The translations under genes and the position numbers were made by a program. Shown one piece after another: positions 17,466-28,145 of a stretch of DNA of 57,836 nt. Positions within the stretch are counted from its first letter, which is position 1, and every line of letters starts with the position of its first letter. The notes under the pieces were generated by a model. It did no database searches, was not told the DNA's origin, and saw only the letters and a list, made by a program, of their open reading frames with translations. Source of the DNA: Longimicrobium sp. (GTDB taxonomy: Bacteria > Gemmatimonadota > Gemmatimonadetes > Longimicrobiales > Longimicrobiaceae); contig DASWMA010000510.1 of the NCBI GenBank assembly GCA_036399995.1, positions 1 through 57,836 of the forward strand. Reading direction: 5' to 3'.

Positions 17466-19937
17466 ATGAAGATCCCGATTCTTTCCCTCCTCGCACTCTC
17501 CGTCGTCGTCGGAACTACCGCGTCAGCGCAGATCGCGCCGCCTCCGGTAACCGGCCAGACGCCGCCCGCCGTGCCGCAGGCCGCGCCGGGCGAGGTGCGC
17601 GGTACCGTGCTCGACGCGGTGACCGGGCGGCCGATCCCCAACGCGTCCGTGGCGGTGATGAGCGCGGCGGACTCATCCCTGGTCACCGGCGCGCTCACCC
17701 GCGCGGACGGGGAGTTCCGCGCGCAGGGGCTGGCGGCGGGGAGCTACTATCTGCGCATCTCGCACCCGGGGCACGCCGCCGCGACGCGCGGCTCCATCCG
17801 CATCGCGTCGGATGCATCCCGGGCGGATGCGGGGACGGTGCGGCTGCAGCAGGCGGCCGTGGCGCTGCGGGGGCTGAGCGTGACCGCGCAGGCCGGCCCG
17901 GTGCGCACGTCGGCCGACCGCAACAGCTACGCGACCCGCGACATGCCGGGCACCGCGGGCGGCAACGCGGCCGACGTGCTGCGCAACGTGCCGTCGGTGG
18001 AGGTGGACGCGGACGGGCGGCCCAGCCTGCGCGGCAGCCAGAACGTGGCCGTGCAGGTGAACGGCCGCGCCGCCCCCGTGCGCGGCGAGCAGCTCGGCCA
18101 GTTCCTGCAGCAGCTTCCCGCCGGCATGGTGGAGCGCGTGGAGGTGATCCCCAACCCTTCCGCCCGCTACGATCCCGAGGGGCTGGCGGGGATCGTGAAC
18201 ATCGTGCTGAAGGCGAACGCCGACCTGGGCCTTTCCGGCGGCCTCACCACCAGCGCGGGGAGCAGCGGGCAGCGCAACGCCACCGGCAACCTGGGGTGGC
18301 AGCGCGGCCGCGTTACCCTGTTCGGCAGCTACGGCTACATGGACGACGAGCGGGGCAACACCGCCTTCAGCACGCGCGAGAACCTGTCCGACGGTGCGCC
18401 GGTGCGGCGGGTGGTGCAAATCGGCACCGGCAGCACCGCCATGCGCTCGAACACCCTCAACACCAGCGCCGAGGTCAGGCTGGGCGCGGCCGAGACGCTG
18501 GGCGGCACCCTGCTGCTGAGCGACCGCGCCTACGCCATCGGCAGCGCCAGCAGCCGCAGCGCGAGCGACGCGGCGGGCACGGTGCTGTCGCGGTGGAACG
18601 ACCGGAACACCAGCGAAAGCCGCGACCTGGTGTTCGACGGCACGCTCTCGTGGCGGCGGCTGGTGCGGCCGCGCGCCGACGAAACGTCTCTCGACCTGCG
18701 CTACAACTGGCTGCAGGTGGACATGGAGAACGGGCTGGCGCTGATGCCGGCCGGTGCGCCCGACGGCGCGCAGCAAACGCGGCGGGTGATGGACGCGGTG
18801 AACGCGGAGCTCGCCTTCCAGGCCGACGCCACGCGGATGGTGGCAGGCGCGCGGGTGGAGGCGGGGGTGCGGGCGGTGAATCGTTCGGTCGGCAACCAGG
18901 TGAGCGCGCAGCTCTCCACCGGCGCGGGCGAGAGCTGGCAGCCGGACGCGGGCGCCAGCTTCGTGTTGGGCACGCGCGAGACGGTGCGCGCCGCCTACGG
19001 CGTGGTGACGCGGGCCGTCGGCGCCTGGGAGCTGCAGGGCGGGGTGCGCGTGGAGCGCACGGGGCGCGAGTGGGACGACGGCGCGGCCGAGCCGGCGTCG
19101 TACACCGACCTCTTCCCCAGCGGGCTGGTGGCGTGGAACCTGGGCACCAGCCGGCAGCTCAAGGCCAGCTACTCGCGCCGCATCCAGCGCCCGCAGATCC
19201 AGATGCTGAACTCGATGACCTTCTACGAAGACCCGCTCAACCGCTTCCGCGGCAACCCGCGGCTCAAGCCCGAGTACACCGACGCATTCGAGCTGGGCTT
19301 CCAGCAGAGCGGCGCGTGGGGCACCTTCCAGCTCGCGCCGTTCTACCGCCGCACCGCGGGCGCCATCCGCCTCGTGCGCAGCATGCAGGGCGACACCACC
19401 ACCGGCACCTTCACCAACCTGTCCAGCTCCCGCTCGTACGGCGCGGATGCGACCGCCTCGCTGCGCGGCGGCCGGCTGAGCGGCGTCCTCGGCTTCAACG
19501 CCTTCCAGCACGAGACGTCGGGCGCGGTGGCCACCGGCAGCATCCAGGGCAGCGGGCTGGGATGGTCGGCGCGGGCCAGCGGCAACCTGCGGCTGGGCGC
19601 GCGCACCGACCTGCAGGCGTTCGCGCAGTACCGCGCGCCGATGAACATTCCGCAGGGGCGGCTGGGGTCGATGATCAACAGCAACCTGTCGCTGCGCCAG
19701 AAGCTGATCGGCGAGCGGGGGTCGCTCACGCTGCGCGTGGTGGACCCGTTCGACCTGTCGCGGAACCGCCGCACCACCGACGCCACCCTCGAGGAGCTCC
19801 CCTTCGTGATGGAGAGCGAGCGCAGCTTCGGCGCGCGGACGGTGTCGCTGGCGTTCAGCTACTCGTTCGGCCAGGCGCCGAAGCTCCGCGCCCCGCGCCC
19901 GCAGGAGGCGCAGGCGGGCGGCGACGGCGGGAACTGA
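17466..19937 (+). CDS. TonB-dependent receptor / outer-membrane beta-barrel protein
   Basis: Signal peptide, carboxypeptidase-regulatory-like N-domain, plug (DVLRNVPSV...IPNPSARYD..G.AGIVNI), GNPRLKPE, terminal FSYSFG. Confidence 0.9.
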   Translation: MKIPILSLLALSVVVGTTASAQIAPPPVTGQTPPAVPQAAPGEVRGTVLDAVTGRPIPNASVAVMSAADSSLVTGALTRADGEFRAQGLAAGSYYLRISHPGHAAATRGSIRIASDASRADAGTVRLQQAAVALRGLSVTAQAGPVRTSADRNSYATRDMPGTAGGNAADVLRNVPSVEVDADGRPSLRGSQNVAVQVNGRAAPVRGEQLGQFLQQLPAGMVERVEVIPNPSARYDPEGLAGIVNIVLKANADLGLSGGLTTSAGSSGQRNATGNLGWQRGRVTLFGSYGYMDDERGNTAFSTRENLSDGAPVRRVVQIGTGSTAMRSNTLNTSAEVRLGAAETLGGTLLLSDRAYAIGSASSRSASDAAGTVLSRWNDRNTSESRDLVFDGTLSWRRLVRPRADETSLDLRYNWLQVDMENGLALMPAGAPDGAQQTRRVMDAVNAELAFQADATRMVAGARVEAGVRAVNRSVGNQVSAQLSTGAGESWQPDAGASFVLGTRETVRAAYGVVTRAVGAWELQGGVRVERTGREWDDGAAEPASYTDLFPSGLVAWNLGTSRQLKASYSRRIQRPQIQMLNSMTFYEDPLNRFRGNPRLKPEYTDAFELGFQQSGAWGTFQLAPFYRRTAGAIRLVRSMQGDTTTGTFTNLSSSRSYGADATASLRGGRLSGVLGFNAFQHETSGAVATGSIQGSGLGWSARASGNLRLGARTDLQAFAQYRAPMNIPQGRLGSMINSNLSLRQKLIGERGSLTLRVVDPFDLSRNRRTTDATLEELPFVMESERSFGARTVSLAFSYSFGQAPKLRAPRPQEAQAGGDGGN

Positions 19938-20004
19938 CCCTGTCCGTGTGAACCGGCTGCCCGGATGCTCCTGATTCCGCGAACTGCGTGGGCGGCTTCG
20001 CCGC

Positions 20005-20079
20005 GAGCATCGGAGAAAAGGGAGTCAGGGGGAGAACCGCGACGAAGTTCTCCCCCTGACTCCCCTCCCTCCGATGCTC
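20005..20079. terminator. Long imperfect hairpin downstream of the TBDR
   Basis: GAGCATCGGAG..GGGAGTCAGGGGGAGAAC / GTTCTCCCCCTGACTCCC..CTCCGATGCTC. Confidence 0.6.
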
Positions 20080-20245
20080 TGCGTTCATGCAGTTCGAGCG
20101 CCTGTGTCCCGGCGATGATCCGACCTCCAGGGCCGGATCTGGGCTGACTTCTTTCTTTCAGAAATTCGGGTCGGGAGATTGCGATGTCGCGCCCCGGCCC
20201 GCGCCGCACAGGGAGATGCGAACGGTGGGAACTGCCGAGGGAGGG

Positions 20246-21781
20246 ATGCCGCGCCGGCGCGGCGCGTATCGCGCGCTGCGGATGCGCGCCTGGCGCTGGA
20301 TGCCGGCCGCGGTGCTGGTGCTGGCGCTGGGCGTGGCCGCGGCCGCGGTGTTCGAGGCGCGCCGCGCATCCGTCCGCGACCACGACGCCACCCGCGACCT
20401 GGTGAAGGGGCACGGCGCCTTCGCAGCCTTCACCTTCGCCCGACACGCCGAGGCGCGGCTGGGGGATGCGTTCCGGCGCGCGCTGGCGGGCGGCTCGGAC
20501 GGCCCGACGCGCTTCGCCGTGGCGCTGGACGGCGCCGTGCCTCCCTCCGATCGGTCGCCGTCGCTGGAGAGGGTCCGGCGGCATGCGCGGGAGCGGTACC
20601 AGCCCGGTTGGGGATTCGCCGTGGTACCGGCAGGCGGCGAGCTGCTGGTCTACTCCGTCGATGCGACACCGGGGCGACGCGTGGCGCGGGGGTTCGTGCT
20701 GGATTCGGCGGCGCACGCGCGGATCTTCCGCGAGATCCTGGAGCGCGAGCCGCTGCTGCCGGCCAGCCTGAGCGGCGCGCGGAGCGGCGCCGAGCTGGTG
20801 CTGGTGCGCGTGCTGGCGCCGGACGGGCGGGTGCTGTTCGCCGGCCCGGGCCAGGACTGGAACGCCGGCAGCACCGAGGCGCTGGGGCCGCGCTTCGGGG
20901 GGATGCGGGTGTACGCCAGCATCCAGGAAGCCGCCGCGTTCGACCTGATCCTGGGCGGGCGCAGCCGTTCGCTTCTCCCGCTGCTGGCGGCGCTGCTCGC
21001 GCTGGCGGCGGTGACGGGCGCCGTGGCCATCGCCCTGCTGCGGCGCGAGGGCGAGCTGGCGCGCGTCCGCTCCGACTTCGTGTCGAGCGTGTCGCACGAG
21101 CTGCGCACCCCGCTGGCGCAGATGAGGCTGTTCGTGGAAACCCTCCGGCTGGGGCGCTACCGCACCGACCAGCAGCGCGAGTGGATCCTCTCCAACGTGG
21201 AGCGCGAGACCTTTCGCCTGACGGCGCTGGTGGAGAACATCCTGCACTTCTCCCGCGCCGAGCGCGGCGCGCAGCCCGGCAGCCGCGACCCGGTGGAGCT
21301 GGGGCCCTGGCTGGCCGCGCTGGCGGACGAGTTCGCCCCGCTGGCCGCGTCGCGAAAGTCGAGCATCGACACCGTGGTCGAGCCCGGAACGCACGTCCTT
21401 CTGCACGCCGATTCCTTCCGACAGGTGATGCTGAACCTGCTGGACAACGCCGTGAAGTACGGCCCGCCCGGCCAGACGGTACGCCTCACCGCCGAGCGCG
21501 TGGACGGCCGCGTGCGCATCGCCGTGGAAGACGAGGGGCCGGGGGTGGATCCGCGCGAGCGCGCCGCTATCTGGGAGCCGTTCCGGCGAGGGGAGCGCGC
21601 CATCGGCAGCGTGGCCGCGGGGAGCGGGATCGGCCTGGCCGTGGTCCGCGAGATCGTGGAGTGGCACGGCGGGGCGGTGCGGGTCGAATCCGCCGCGGCC
21701 GGCGGCGCGCGCTTCGTGGTGGAGCTTCCCGCCGCGGGCGCCGCGCAGACCGCGTCGCCCGAGATGCGGATGGTGGGGTGA
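20246..21781 (+). CDS. Membrane sensor histidine kinase
   Basis: Two TM segments, [28 protein letters not shown]; start 20246 or 20282. Confidence 0.9.
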   Translation: MPRRRGAYRALRMRAWRWMPAAVLVLALGVAAAAVFEARRASVRDHDATRDLVKGHGAFAAFTFARHAEARLGDAFRRALAGGSDGPTRFAVALDGAVPPSDRSPSLERVRRHARERYQPGWGFAVVPAGGELLVYSVDATPGRRVARGFVLDSAAHARIFREILEREPLLPASLSGARSGAELVLVRVLAPDGRVLFAGPGQDWNAGSTEALGPRFGGMRVYASIQEAAAFDLILGGRSRSLLPLLAALLALAAVTGAVAIALLRREGELARVRSDFVSSVSHELRTPLAQMRLFVETLRLGRYRTDQQREWILSNVERETFRLTALVENILHFSRAERGAQPGSRDPVELGPWLAALADEFAPLAASRKSSIDTVVEPGTHVLLHADSFRQVMLNLLDNAVKYGPPGQTVRLTAERVDGRVRIAVEDEGPGVDPRERAAIWEPFRRGERAIGSVAAGSGIGLAVVREIVEWHGGAVRVESAAAGGARFVVELPAAGAAQTASPEMRMVG

Positions 21782-22479
21782 TGGCGCGCATCCTGGTGGT
21801 GGAAGACAACACCGAGCTGGCGGCCGGCATCCGCTACAACCTGGAGCTCGAGGGCCACCAGGTGGAGGTGGCGGAGGACGGCCCGTCGGGCGTGCACGCC
21901 GCGCGCGAGGGAGCGCCGGAGCTGATCATCCTGGACGTGATGATGCCGGGGATGGACGGCTTCCAGGTGCTGCGCACGCTGCGCGAAGAGGGGATGCGGG
22001 TGCCCGTCATCGTCCTCACCGCGCGCGGCGAAGAGGCCGACAAGGTGCGCGCCTTCCGGCTGGACGCCGACCAGTACGTCACCAAGCCGTTCGGGCTGAT
22101 GGAGCTGCTCGAGCGGGTGAGCGCCCTGCTGCGCCGCTCGCAGCGGAGCGAGGCGGACGCGTCGGCCGCGGCTGAGGATGCCGCCTTCCGCTTCGGCAGG
22201 GTGGAGGTGGACCCGGCGGCGCGGAAGGTGACGCGCGGCGGCCTCGAGGTGGTGCTCACGCCGCGGGCGTTCGACCTGCTGATCGCGCTGGTGGCGCTGG
22301 GCGGGCGGGTGGCCAGCCGCCAGCACCTGCTGCGGACGGTGTGGGGCCACCGCGGCCGCGTGCTCACCCGCACGGTCGACTCGCACGTCTCGGAGCTGCG
22401 CCAGAAGCTGGAAGACGACCCCGAGAACCCGCGCCACATCCTCACCGTGTGGAAGGCGGGGTACCGCTTCGAGGCGTGA
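21781..22479 (+). CDS. OmpR/PhoB family response regulator
   Basis: ILVVED, LDVMMP, KPF, wHTH TRTVDSHVSELRQKLE...GYRF; overlaps the kinase stop. Confidence 0.93.
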   Translation: MARILVVEDNTELAAGIRYNLELEGHQVEVAEDGPSGVHAAREGAPELIILDVMMPGMDGFQVLRTLREEGMRVPVIVLTARGEEADKVRAFRLDADQYVTKPFGLMELLERVSALLRRSQRSEADASAAAEDAAFRFGRVEVDPAARKVTRGGLEVVLTPRAFDLLIALVALGGRVASRQHLLRTVWGHRGRVLTRTVDSHVSELRQKLEDDPENPRHILTVWKAGYRFEA

Positions 22480-22522
22480 GGCGGGGCCGTCACCGGAATT
22501 CCGCTCGAAATCCCCCCCACCG

Positions 22523-22571
22523 GGCGGTTGAAACCGCGGCAACAACCACACGAAGTCCGCCTTCGCGGACT
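22523..22571 (+). repeat. Dual-hairpin REP-like element (family A2)
   Basis: GCGGT-TGAA-ACCGC ggcaacaac ... AGTCCGC-CTTC-GCGGACT. Confidence 0.82.
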
Positions 22572-22759
22572 ACCACCTTCGGCGCAGCCGCGGACGACGG
22601 GGCGCGGTACCGGCCTCGTGTCGCACTCGAAGTAGCCGCGAGCGAAGCGAGCCCCCGTCCTTCCCCCGGCTGTTTTGGGGGGAGGGACAGGCGCCCCCAG
22701 GCGCCAGGGTGGGGGCCCCCGCCGGCGGCTGACGAGTCCCGCATCTTCCGGATTCGAGT

Positions 22760-24049
22760 TTGGCCTGGCACTTTCCTGCGTCCCCGACGCTTCTCCCCCG
22801 TCACCCTCGAGGCCGCATCACTCGATCCCCCTCGAACGCGACGGCGAACCCCGCCGCGCCCCCCGCCGACGCCGGCCGGTGGCGCGTGCTGGCGCTGCTG
22901 GCGGCGGCGGAGCTGCTGGGGATGTCGCTCTGGTTCACGGCCAGCGCGGTGTCGCCGCAGCTGCGCGTGCTGTGGGGATTGTCCGAGGCGCAGGCGGGGT
23001 GGCTGACCGGAGCGGTGCAGCTCGGCTTCGTGGCGGGCACCACGGCCGCCGCGGTGCTGAACCTGGCCGACGTGCTCCCGGCGCGCGGCTACTTCGCCGT
23101 GTCGGCGCTGCTGGCGGCGGCGGCGAACCTGGCGCTGGTGCGCGCCGGCGGGTTCGAGCCGGCGCTGGCGGCGCGCTTCGCCACCGGCTTCTTTTTGGCC
23201 GGCGTGTATCCGCCCGCCATGAAGATGGTGGCCACCTGGTTCCGCAGCGCCCGCGGCGTGGCGATCGGCACCGTGGTGGGCGCGCTCACGGTGGGGAAGG
23301 CCACGCCCTACCTGCTGAACGCCTTCCCCGGGCTCCAGTGGCGGACGGTGGTCGCCGCGGCATCCGCCGGCGCGGTGGTGGCCGCCGTGCTGGTGGCCGC
23401 CGGCTACCGCGACGGGCCCTTCCCCTTCGCGCGACGGCCGTTCGCCTGGGCGCGCGCGGCAGACGTGGTGCGGCACCGGCCCACGCGGCTCGCCATCGGC
23501 GGATACCTGGGCCACATGTGGGAGCTGTATGCGATGTGGACCTTCATCGCGCTGTTCTTCCACGACTTTTTCACGCGGCAGGGGGTGGGGCCGGTGCAGG
23601 CGACGGCGCGGGCTGGGGTCGTGGGCTTCGCGGTGATCGCGGCGGGTGGCGTCGGCTCCGTGCTGGCCGGGCGCTGGGCCGACCGGTTGGGGCGTGAGCG
23701 GGTGACGGTGTGGGCGATGGCGGCGAGCGGCACCTGCGCGCTGGCGATGGGCTGGCTGCTGGACGCGCCCGCCGCGCTGGCCGTGGCCGTGGCGGTGGTG
23801 TGGGGGTTCGCCGTGGTGGCCGACTCGGCGCAGTTCAGCGCGGTGGTGACCGAGGTGGCGCCCGAGCACGCGGTGGGTACCGCGCTCACCCTGCAGACGG
23901 CGCTCGGCTTCCTCCTGACCTCGGCCACCATCAGCGCCGTGCCGCCGCTGCGCGAGGTGGGCGGGTGGCCGCTGGCGTTCGGCGTGCTGGCGCTGGGGCC
24001 CGCCGCCGGGATCGCGGCGATGCTGCGGCTCCGGCGGCTCCGCGCATGA
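22760..24049 (+). CDS. MFS transporter (start uncertain, may be further downstream)
   Basis: About 12 hydrophobic segments; AGVYPPAMK, GHMWELYAMW, G.WADRLGR, ADSAQFS. Confidence 0.88.
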   Translation: MAWHFPASPTLLPRHPRGRITRSPSNATANPAAPPADAGRWRVLALLAAAELLGMSLWFTASAVSPQLRVLWGLSEAQAGWLTGAVQLGFVAGTTAAAVLNLADVLPARGYFAVSALLAAAANLALVRAGGFEPALAARFATGFFLAGVYPPAMKMVATWFRSARGVAIGTVVGALTVGKATPYLLNAFPGLQWRTVVAAASAGAVVAAVLVAAGYRDGPFPFARRPFAWARAADVVRHRPTRLAIGGYLGHMWELYAMWTFIALFFHDFFTRQGVGPVQATARAGVVGFAVIAAGGVGSVLAGRWADRLGRERVTVWAMAASGTCALAMGWLLDAPAALAVAVAVVWGFAVVADSAQFSAVVTEVAPEHAVGTALTLQTALGFLLTSATISAVPPLREVGGWPLAFGVLALGPAAGIAAMLRLRRLRA

Positions 24050-24126
24050 CCCGAGCGGCACATGCGGGTGCGAGCCCGGTATCACCTGTCCGTAGCCGAT
24101 CCACCGTGCGTTTCAACCGAGGCCCA

Positions 24127-25092
24127 ATGTCCGACCTGCATCCCGAGCCGAACCGAGCCCCGGGCTCGGAGCTGATCTCCGACCAGCGCGTGCACGCGGC
24201 GCTGCGGCGCGCCGCCCAGCTGCAGATGGAGTCGGTGGAGCGGATGGAGCAGCAGGCCCGCACCCGCATCGAGACCGAGACCGGCGCCGAGCCGGGCGGC
24301 TACCTGCGCGAGCACGTGGAGGCGGCCGCCGCTGAGGCGGGGATCTCGCCGGAATACCTCCGCCAGGCGCTGCTGGAGCAGGACGCGCTGGGCGAGCACG
24401 CCGAGGACCTGGCGCCCTGGGTGGACCGGATGGGGAACCGCCTGCTGGGCACGCGGCAGCGCAGCCTGGAGCTGTCGCGCACGATCGACGCCGAGCCCGC
24501 CGCGGTGCTCGAGGAGATGAAGCGGATCTTTCCCGCGCACCCGTACGGGATGACGCTGGTGGACGCGGTGGGGGGGCTGCCCCTGGAAGGGGGTGTCCTG
24601 GTCTTCGGGATCCCCCGGTACACCCTGGGCAGCAGCATGTCGAGCACGTTCGCCTACGCGGCCACCTGCGTGGACCTGCTCCAGCTGCACGTGTCGCTGC
24701 GGGCCGTGAAGCTGGGACAGAAGACCGGCTGCGAGGTCACCTTCCGGGGCGACCTGCGAACCAGCACGCGGCGCAACGTGTGGGCGGGGCTGGGGCTCTC
24801 CGGCGGTGGCGGTGTGGTGGGGGCGATCGTCACCGGGGCCGCGGCGCTCGCCGCCGGGGCCGTCCTCCCGCTGGCGCTGGCGGGTGTGGCGGTGGGCGCC
24901 GCCGGGATGGGAGCCGCGAGCGCGGCCGGGTACGGCGCCATCTACCGCTACTACCTGAAGAAGATGATCCGCGAGCTGGAGACGCTGCTCAAGGTGATCG
25001 ACACCAGCGCGCGGACCGGCGGCGCCTTCCGGCCGCCCCAGCCGGGCGTTCCGCCGAGTGCTTCGGACCCCTTCAAGCTCATCACCGGCTAG
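24127..25092 (+). CDS. Hypothetical membrane protein
   Basis: Helical N-terminus (ALRRAAQLQ...AAAEAGISPE) and two C-terminal Gly/Ala TM helices; host-like codons. Confidence 0.75.
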   Translation: MSDLHPEPNRAPGSELISDQRVHAALRRAAQLQMESVERMEQQARTRIETETGAEPGGYLREHVEAAAAEAGISPEYLRQALLEQDALGEHAEDLAPWVDRMGNRLLGTRQRSLELSRTIDAEPAAVLEEMKRIFPAHPYGMTLVDAVGGLPLEGGVLVFGIPRYTLGSSMSSTFAYAATCVDLLQLHVSLRAVKLGQKTGCEVTFRGDLRTSTRRNVWAGLGLSGGGGVVGAIVTGAAALAAGAVLPLALAGVAVGAAGMGAASAAGYGAIYRYYLKKMIRELETLLKVIDTSARTGGAFRPPQPGVPPSASDPFKLITG

Positions 25093-25160
25093 GGTGGTTC
25101 GGACAGGCTGACCGGGCCGGGATCCGCATGATCCGTTGCTGAATCCAGCCCTGCTGGGGG

Positions 25161-25219
25161 TCACACAGAGGCACAGAGACACAGAGAAAAACCACGCAGT
25201 TCTCTGTGTCTCTGTGTGA
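25161..25219. repeat. Long hairpin (family B) between convergent genes
   Basis: TCACACAGAG..ACACAGAGAA / TTCTCTGTGTCTCTGTGTGA. Confidence 0.8.
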
Positions 25220-25243
25220 AAAAGCAGTTCAGCCGATCCGGCC

Positions 25244-25555
25244 TCAGCGAGCAGCCTCGGTCGGGGCGTTCCGGGCGACCATCACCCACTTGGGCGCGTC
25301 CTTCGGCCCCATCATCAGGAACGTCACCGCCGTGTCGCGCCCGATCTCGGGCCGCGAGATGGTGGCGGTCACGTAGTACGCCTCGGTCTCGTGCTCGGTG
25401 CGCACCGACTGCGCGCTCAACACCTCGTAGCCGGTGTTCAGCGTGACCCGGGCGATCTGCTGGGGGCTCGCCGGCTCCTCCTTCGGCGAGCAGGCGGCGA
25501 GGCCCAGCAGCGGCATCAGCAGCCAGCGCGAACGGCTGCGGCTCTCCAGACGCAT
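25244..25555 (-). CDS. Small putative lipoprotein
   Basis: C-terminal part of ORF 25244..27895; WLLMPLLGLAAC lipobox; GGAG upstream of ATG. Confidence 0.65.
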   Translation of the reverse strand: MRLESRSRSRWLLMPLLGLAACSPKEEPASPQQIARVTLNTGYEVLSAQSVRTEHETEAYYVTATISRPEIGRDTAVTFLMMGPKDAPKWVMVARNAPTEAAR

Positions 25556-25767
25556 CTCTCCACTCCCTGGGCGTCGTTTCGGTGGGGGATTCGCAGGACG
25601 GCCGCGCTCCCGGCCCTCCCGCCCCGCTCGGCGGGACGGGAGGAGAGCCGCACCGCGCGGAAGATTCGAGCCACGTCCATCGATCCCGCGCGGCGGACGA
25701 CGGCGAAGGCCGCGACACGGCGGGTGTCGCGGCCTTCGTTCATCCGTCGTGGCGTCCGCCGTCGGGG

Positions 25768-27777
25768 TCAGCGCAGCTCCACCGCGGTGACCGTGGTGCC
25801 CTCGCTCCCAGTCGAGCTGATGGCCAGCAGGGTGGCGCCACCGTCGGCGAACAGGAACGATCCGTAGACGTGCGGGAAGGGCATGCGGTCCAGGATGCGC
25901 CCGTCCACGCTGGCGCGCAGCAGGCCGCGCACCGAGCTCAGGAAGACCTCGGTGCCGTCGGGCGACGGCGACGAGGTGCCGGTGAGCGCCAGCTCGTTCG
26001 CGAACAGGTGGGCCGACGCCTCGCCGGGGCGGTGCAGCCAGGGCCCGCGCGAGAACACCCGTCCGGCGTCGTCCATGCCGAAGGGGCCCACACCCTCCAG
26101 GCGGCTGCACGGGCTGACCGTGCGCGCGGCCGCGTCGTAAACGAACCGGCACGACCCTCCCCCGTACACCACCCGCGACCGGTCGGGGCTGCGCCCCAGC
26201 GCCGCGTACGGGGCGTAGCTCTCGGAGGCGAGCGTGGCGACGGCGCCGGTGCGCAGCTCTACCGCGGCGAGCGAGCCGAGCGAGGCCGCCAGCACGCGGC
26301 CGTCCGCCGCCACGCGCACCGCCACCGGCGAGAAGTCGCCCGTGTTCACCAGCGCCGCGGCCGTCCCCGCCGCGGCCTTCAGGTCCACCACCGCCAGCCC
26401 GTTCATCGCCGGGATCGCCACCAGCAGCGAGTCGCCGCTGATCGACAGGTCCATCCCGGCCCCGGGCCCCGGCAGCGCGATGGGGGTGCCGTAGGTCATG
26501 GTGGCCAGCGACAGCACCGCGATCTCGTTGCGCTCGCGGAGGCTCAGGTACAGCAGCCGGCGGGCGGGATCGAGCAGCGCTTCGCGGTAATGCCCGGTGT
26601 GCTGGGCCGTGCGCGTGGGGCGGTTCCGGATCGGGTACACGCGGATGCTGTCCGCCAGCGAGACCATCTCGGTGCGCAGGCCGGCGCGGTCGGTCAGCCA
26701 CACGCGCATGAGGTTGGCGCCCACCCACTCGGGCCGCACGGGGATCCGCAGCGGGCCCGCGCCCGGATCGTTCATCAGCAGCGAGTCGCGAACCGCCAGC
26801 CCGGGGGCGTCCAGCCCCCACCCCACCCGCACCAGGGCGTTGTTGTCGTGGCCGATCCACGTGGCCGTGATGGTGTCGCCGGGGGCGTACTGGCCCACCA
26901 TGTCGTTGGGGCGCGGGTTGAAGGGCGACCGGGTGGCCACCCGCATCAGCACGGGGGCCTCGCGGTCGACCAGCGTGTACGGGCCGGGCGCGTTGGCCAC
27001 CGCCACCCGCAGCAGCGCGTCGGCCACGCGCACCGACACCATCACCGGCTTGCCGGGGTTGGAGTTGGCCGGCACCGTCACCGTCCGGCTGCGCTCTCCC
27101 GCCCCCGTCTGGAACTGCTCGCGCGTGCGGAACTCGGCCGTGGCGCCGCCGCTCAGGATGACGACGGTCTCCCACAGCCCCGCCGGCGCGTTCACCGTGT
27201 AGCTCACGTCCACCAGCTGCCCCGGCACCAGCTCGCCCTGCGTGGGCGACACGCGCAGGTTGGTCACCGTGGGCCCGGACGTGCTCGCCGGCGCCGTGTG
27301 CCCGCACGAGGCTTCGTACCGCGCGGTCTCCATCGTGCTGGACCCCAGCACCTGGTAGGTGACCTCGGCCCGGATCGTGAACGGGACGGCGCCGGTCAGG
27401 ATCCACCGCGCTTCCTGCGTGTCGCCCGCGGTGATGGTGGACACGCCCCAGCTCTCGTGGATCTCCTGCGCCGCGATGGTGAACGAGTCCATCGCCGTCT
27501 CGCGGTTGGCCCCCACGAAGATGCGGAACTTCCCGTCGCCCCACTGCGCCGTCGCCTTCGCGGCGCCGGTGGCGGTCGCGCTCAGCACCAGCTCGCACTG
27601 CAGCACGGGGGTGGGGTCGCCCGGGAGGGTGGTGTGCGTGGGCGGCCCGGTGGTGGCGCTGATCTGCACCGTCAGCGCGGGCTTCGACTCGCTCGGCGAA
27701 TCGGAGCAGGCGGTGAGCGCCGCAGTCAAAACGGCCAGCAGGCCGCCAAGGGCGGGCCGGCGAAGCAAGGAGCGCAT
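25768..27777 (-). CDS. Large putative lipoprotein with beta-sandwich regions and a C-terminal YncE-like beta-propeller
   Basis: LAVLTAALTAC lipobox; LLDPARRLLYLS, MDLSISGDSLLV, SPDGTEVF blade-like repeats. Confidence 0.7.
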   Translation of the reverse strand: MRSLLRRPALGGLLAVLTAALTACSDSPSESKPALTVQISATTGPPTHTTLPGDPTPVLQCELVLSATATGAAKATAQWGDGKFRIFVGANRETAMDSFTIAAQEIHESWGVSTITAGDTQEARWILTGAVPFTIRAEVTYQVLGSSTMETARYEASCGHTAPASTSGPTVTNLRVSPTQGELVPGQLVDVSYTVNAPAGLWETVVILSGGATAEFRTREQFQTGAGERSRTVTVPANSNPGKPVMVSVRVADALLRVAVANAPGPYTLVDREAPVLMRVATRSPFNPRPNDMVGQYAPGDTITATWIGHDNNALVRVGWGLDAPGLAVRDSLLMNDPGAGPLRIPVRPEWVGANLMRVWLTDRAGLRTEMVSLADSIRVYPIRNRPTRTAQHTGHYREALLDPARRLLYLSLRERNEIAVLSLATMTYGTPIALPGPGAGMDLSISGDSLLVAIPAMNGLAVVDLKAAAGTAAALVNTGDFSPVAVRVAADGRVLAASLGSLAAVELRTGAVATLASESYAPYAALGRSPDRSRVVYGGGSCRFVYDAAARTVSPCSRLEGVGPFGMDDAGRVFSRGPWLHRPGEASAHLFANELALTGTSSPSPDGTEVFLSSVRGLLRASVDGRILDRMPFPHVYGSFLFADGGATLLAISSTGSEGTTVTAVELR

Positions 27778-27994
27778 CGGGTCGGGTTCGGAGGAATTCG
27801 GAGGGAAACGGGCACCGCGGCGGGATTTGCACTGCGGAGTGACGCGATGGAGGATAGCGCGACCGTCCGGCTTTTTCCATCCCCCACAAGGGCATCCCCG
27901 TGAAAACGGGAGGACGCCCCGGGCCCCCGGTCGTGCGATCCAGACCGATACGCTCGCTCCGTGCACCGGGGCAGCGTCCACACCGAAGCCGGTC

Positions 27995-28042
27995 GTCCGC
28001 GCAGGCGGACTTCGTGTGGTCGTCGCAGCGGATTCATCCGCC
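27995..28042 (-). repeat. Dual-hairpin REP-like element (family A2, reverse)
   Basis: Reverse strand GCGGA-TGAA-TCCGC ... GTCCGC-CTGC-GCGGAC. Confidence 0.78.
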
Positions 28043-28145
28043 TTCGCGCTCCCGGGTTGTCGCACCGGCGTGTCTCCGGCACTTTGCTGCATCCGCCCAC
28101 CGCGGCTCACCCGCTCCGCCATCACACCTCTGCCGCGAGGACGCC

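Noticed and set aside
15704..19951. 1415-aa ORF on + strand
   Set aside because: Arg/Gly/Ala-rich shadow frame overlapping the SDR (antisense) and TBDR (off-frame); typical of high-GC DNA
20179..22479. 766-aa ORF as a giant response regulator
   Set aside because: Only the last 232 codons are the OmpR-type protein; the rest overlaps the kinase out of frame
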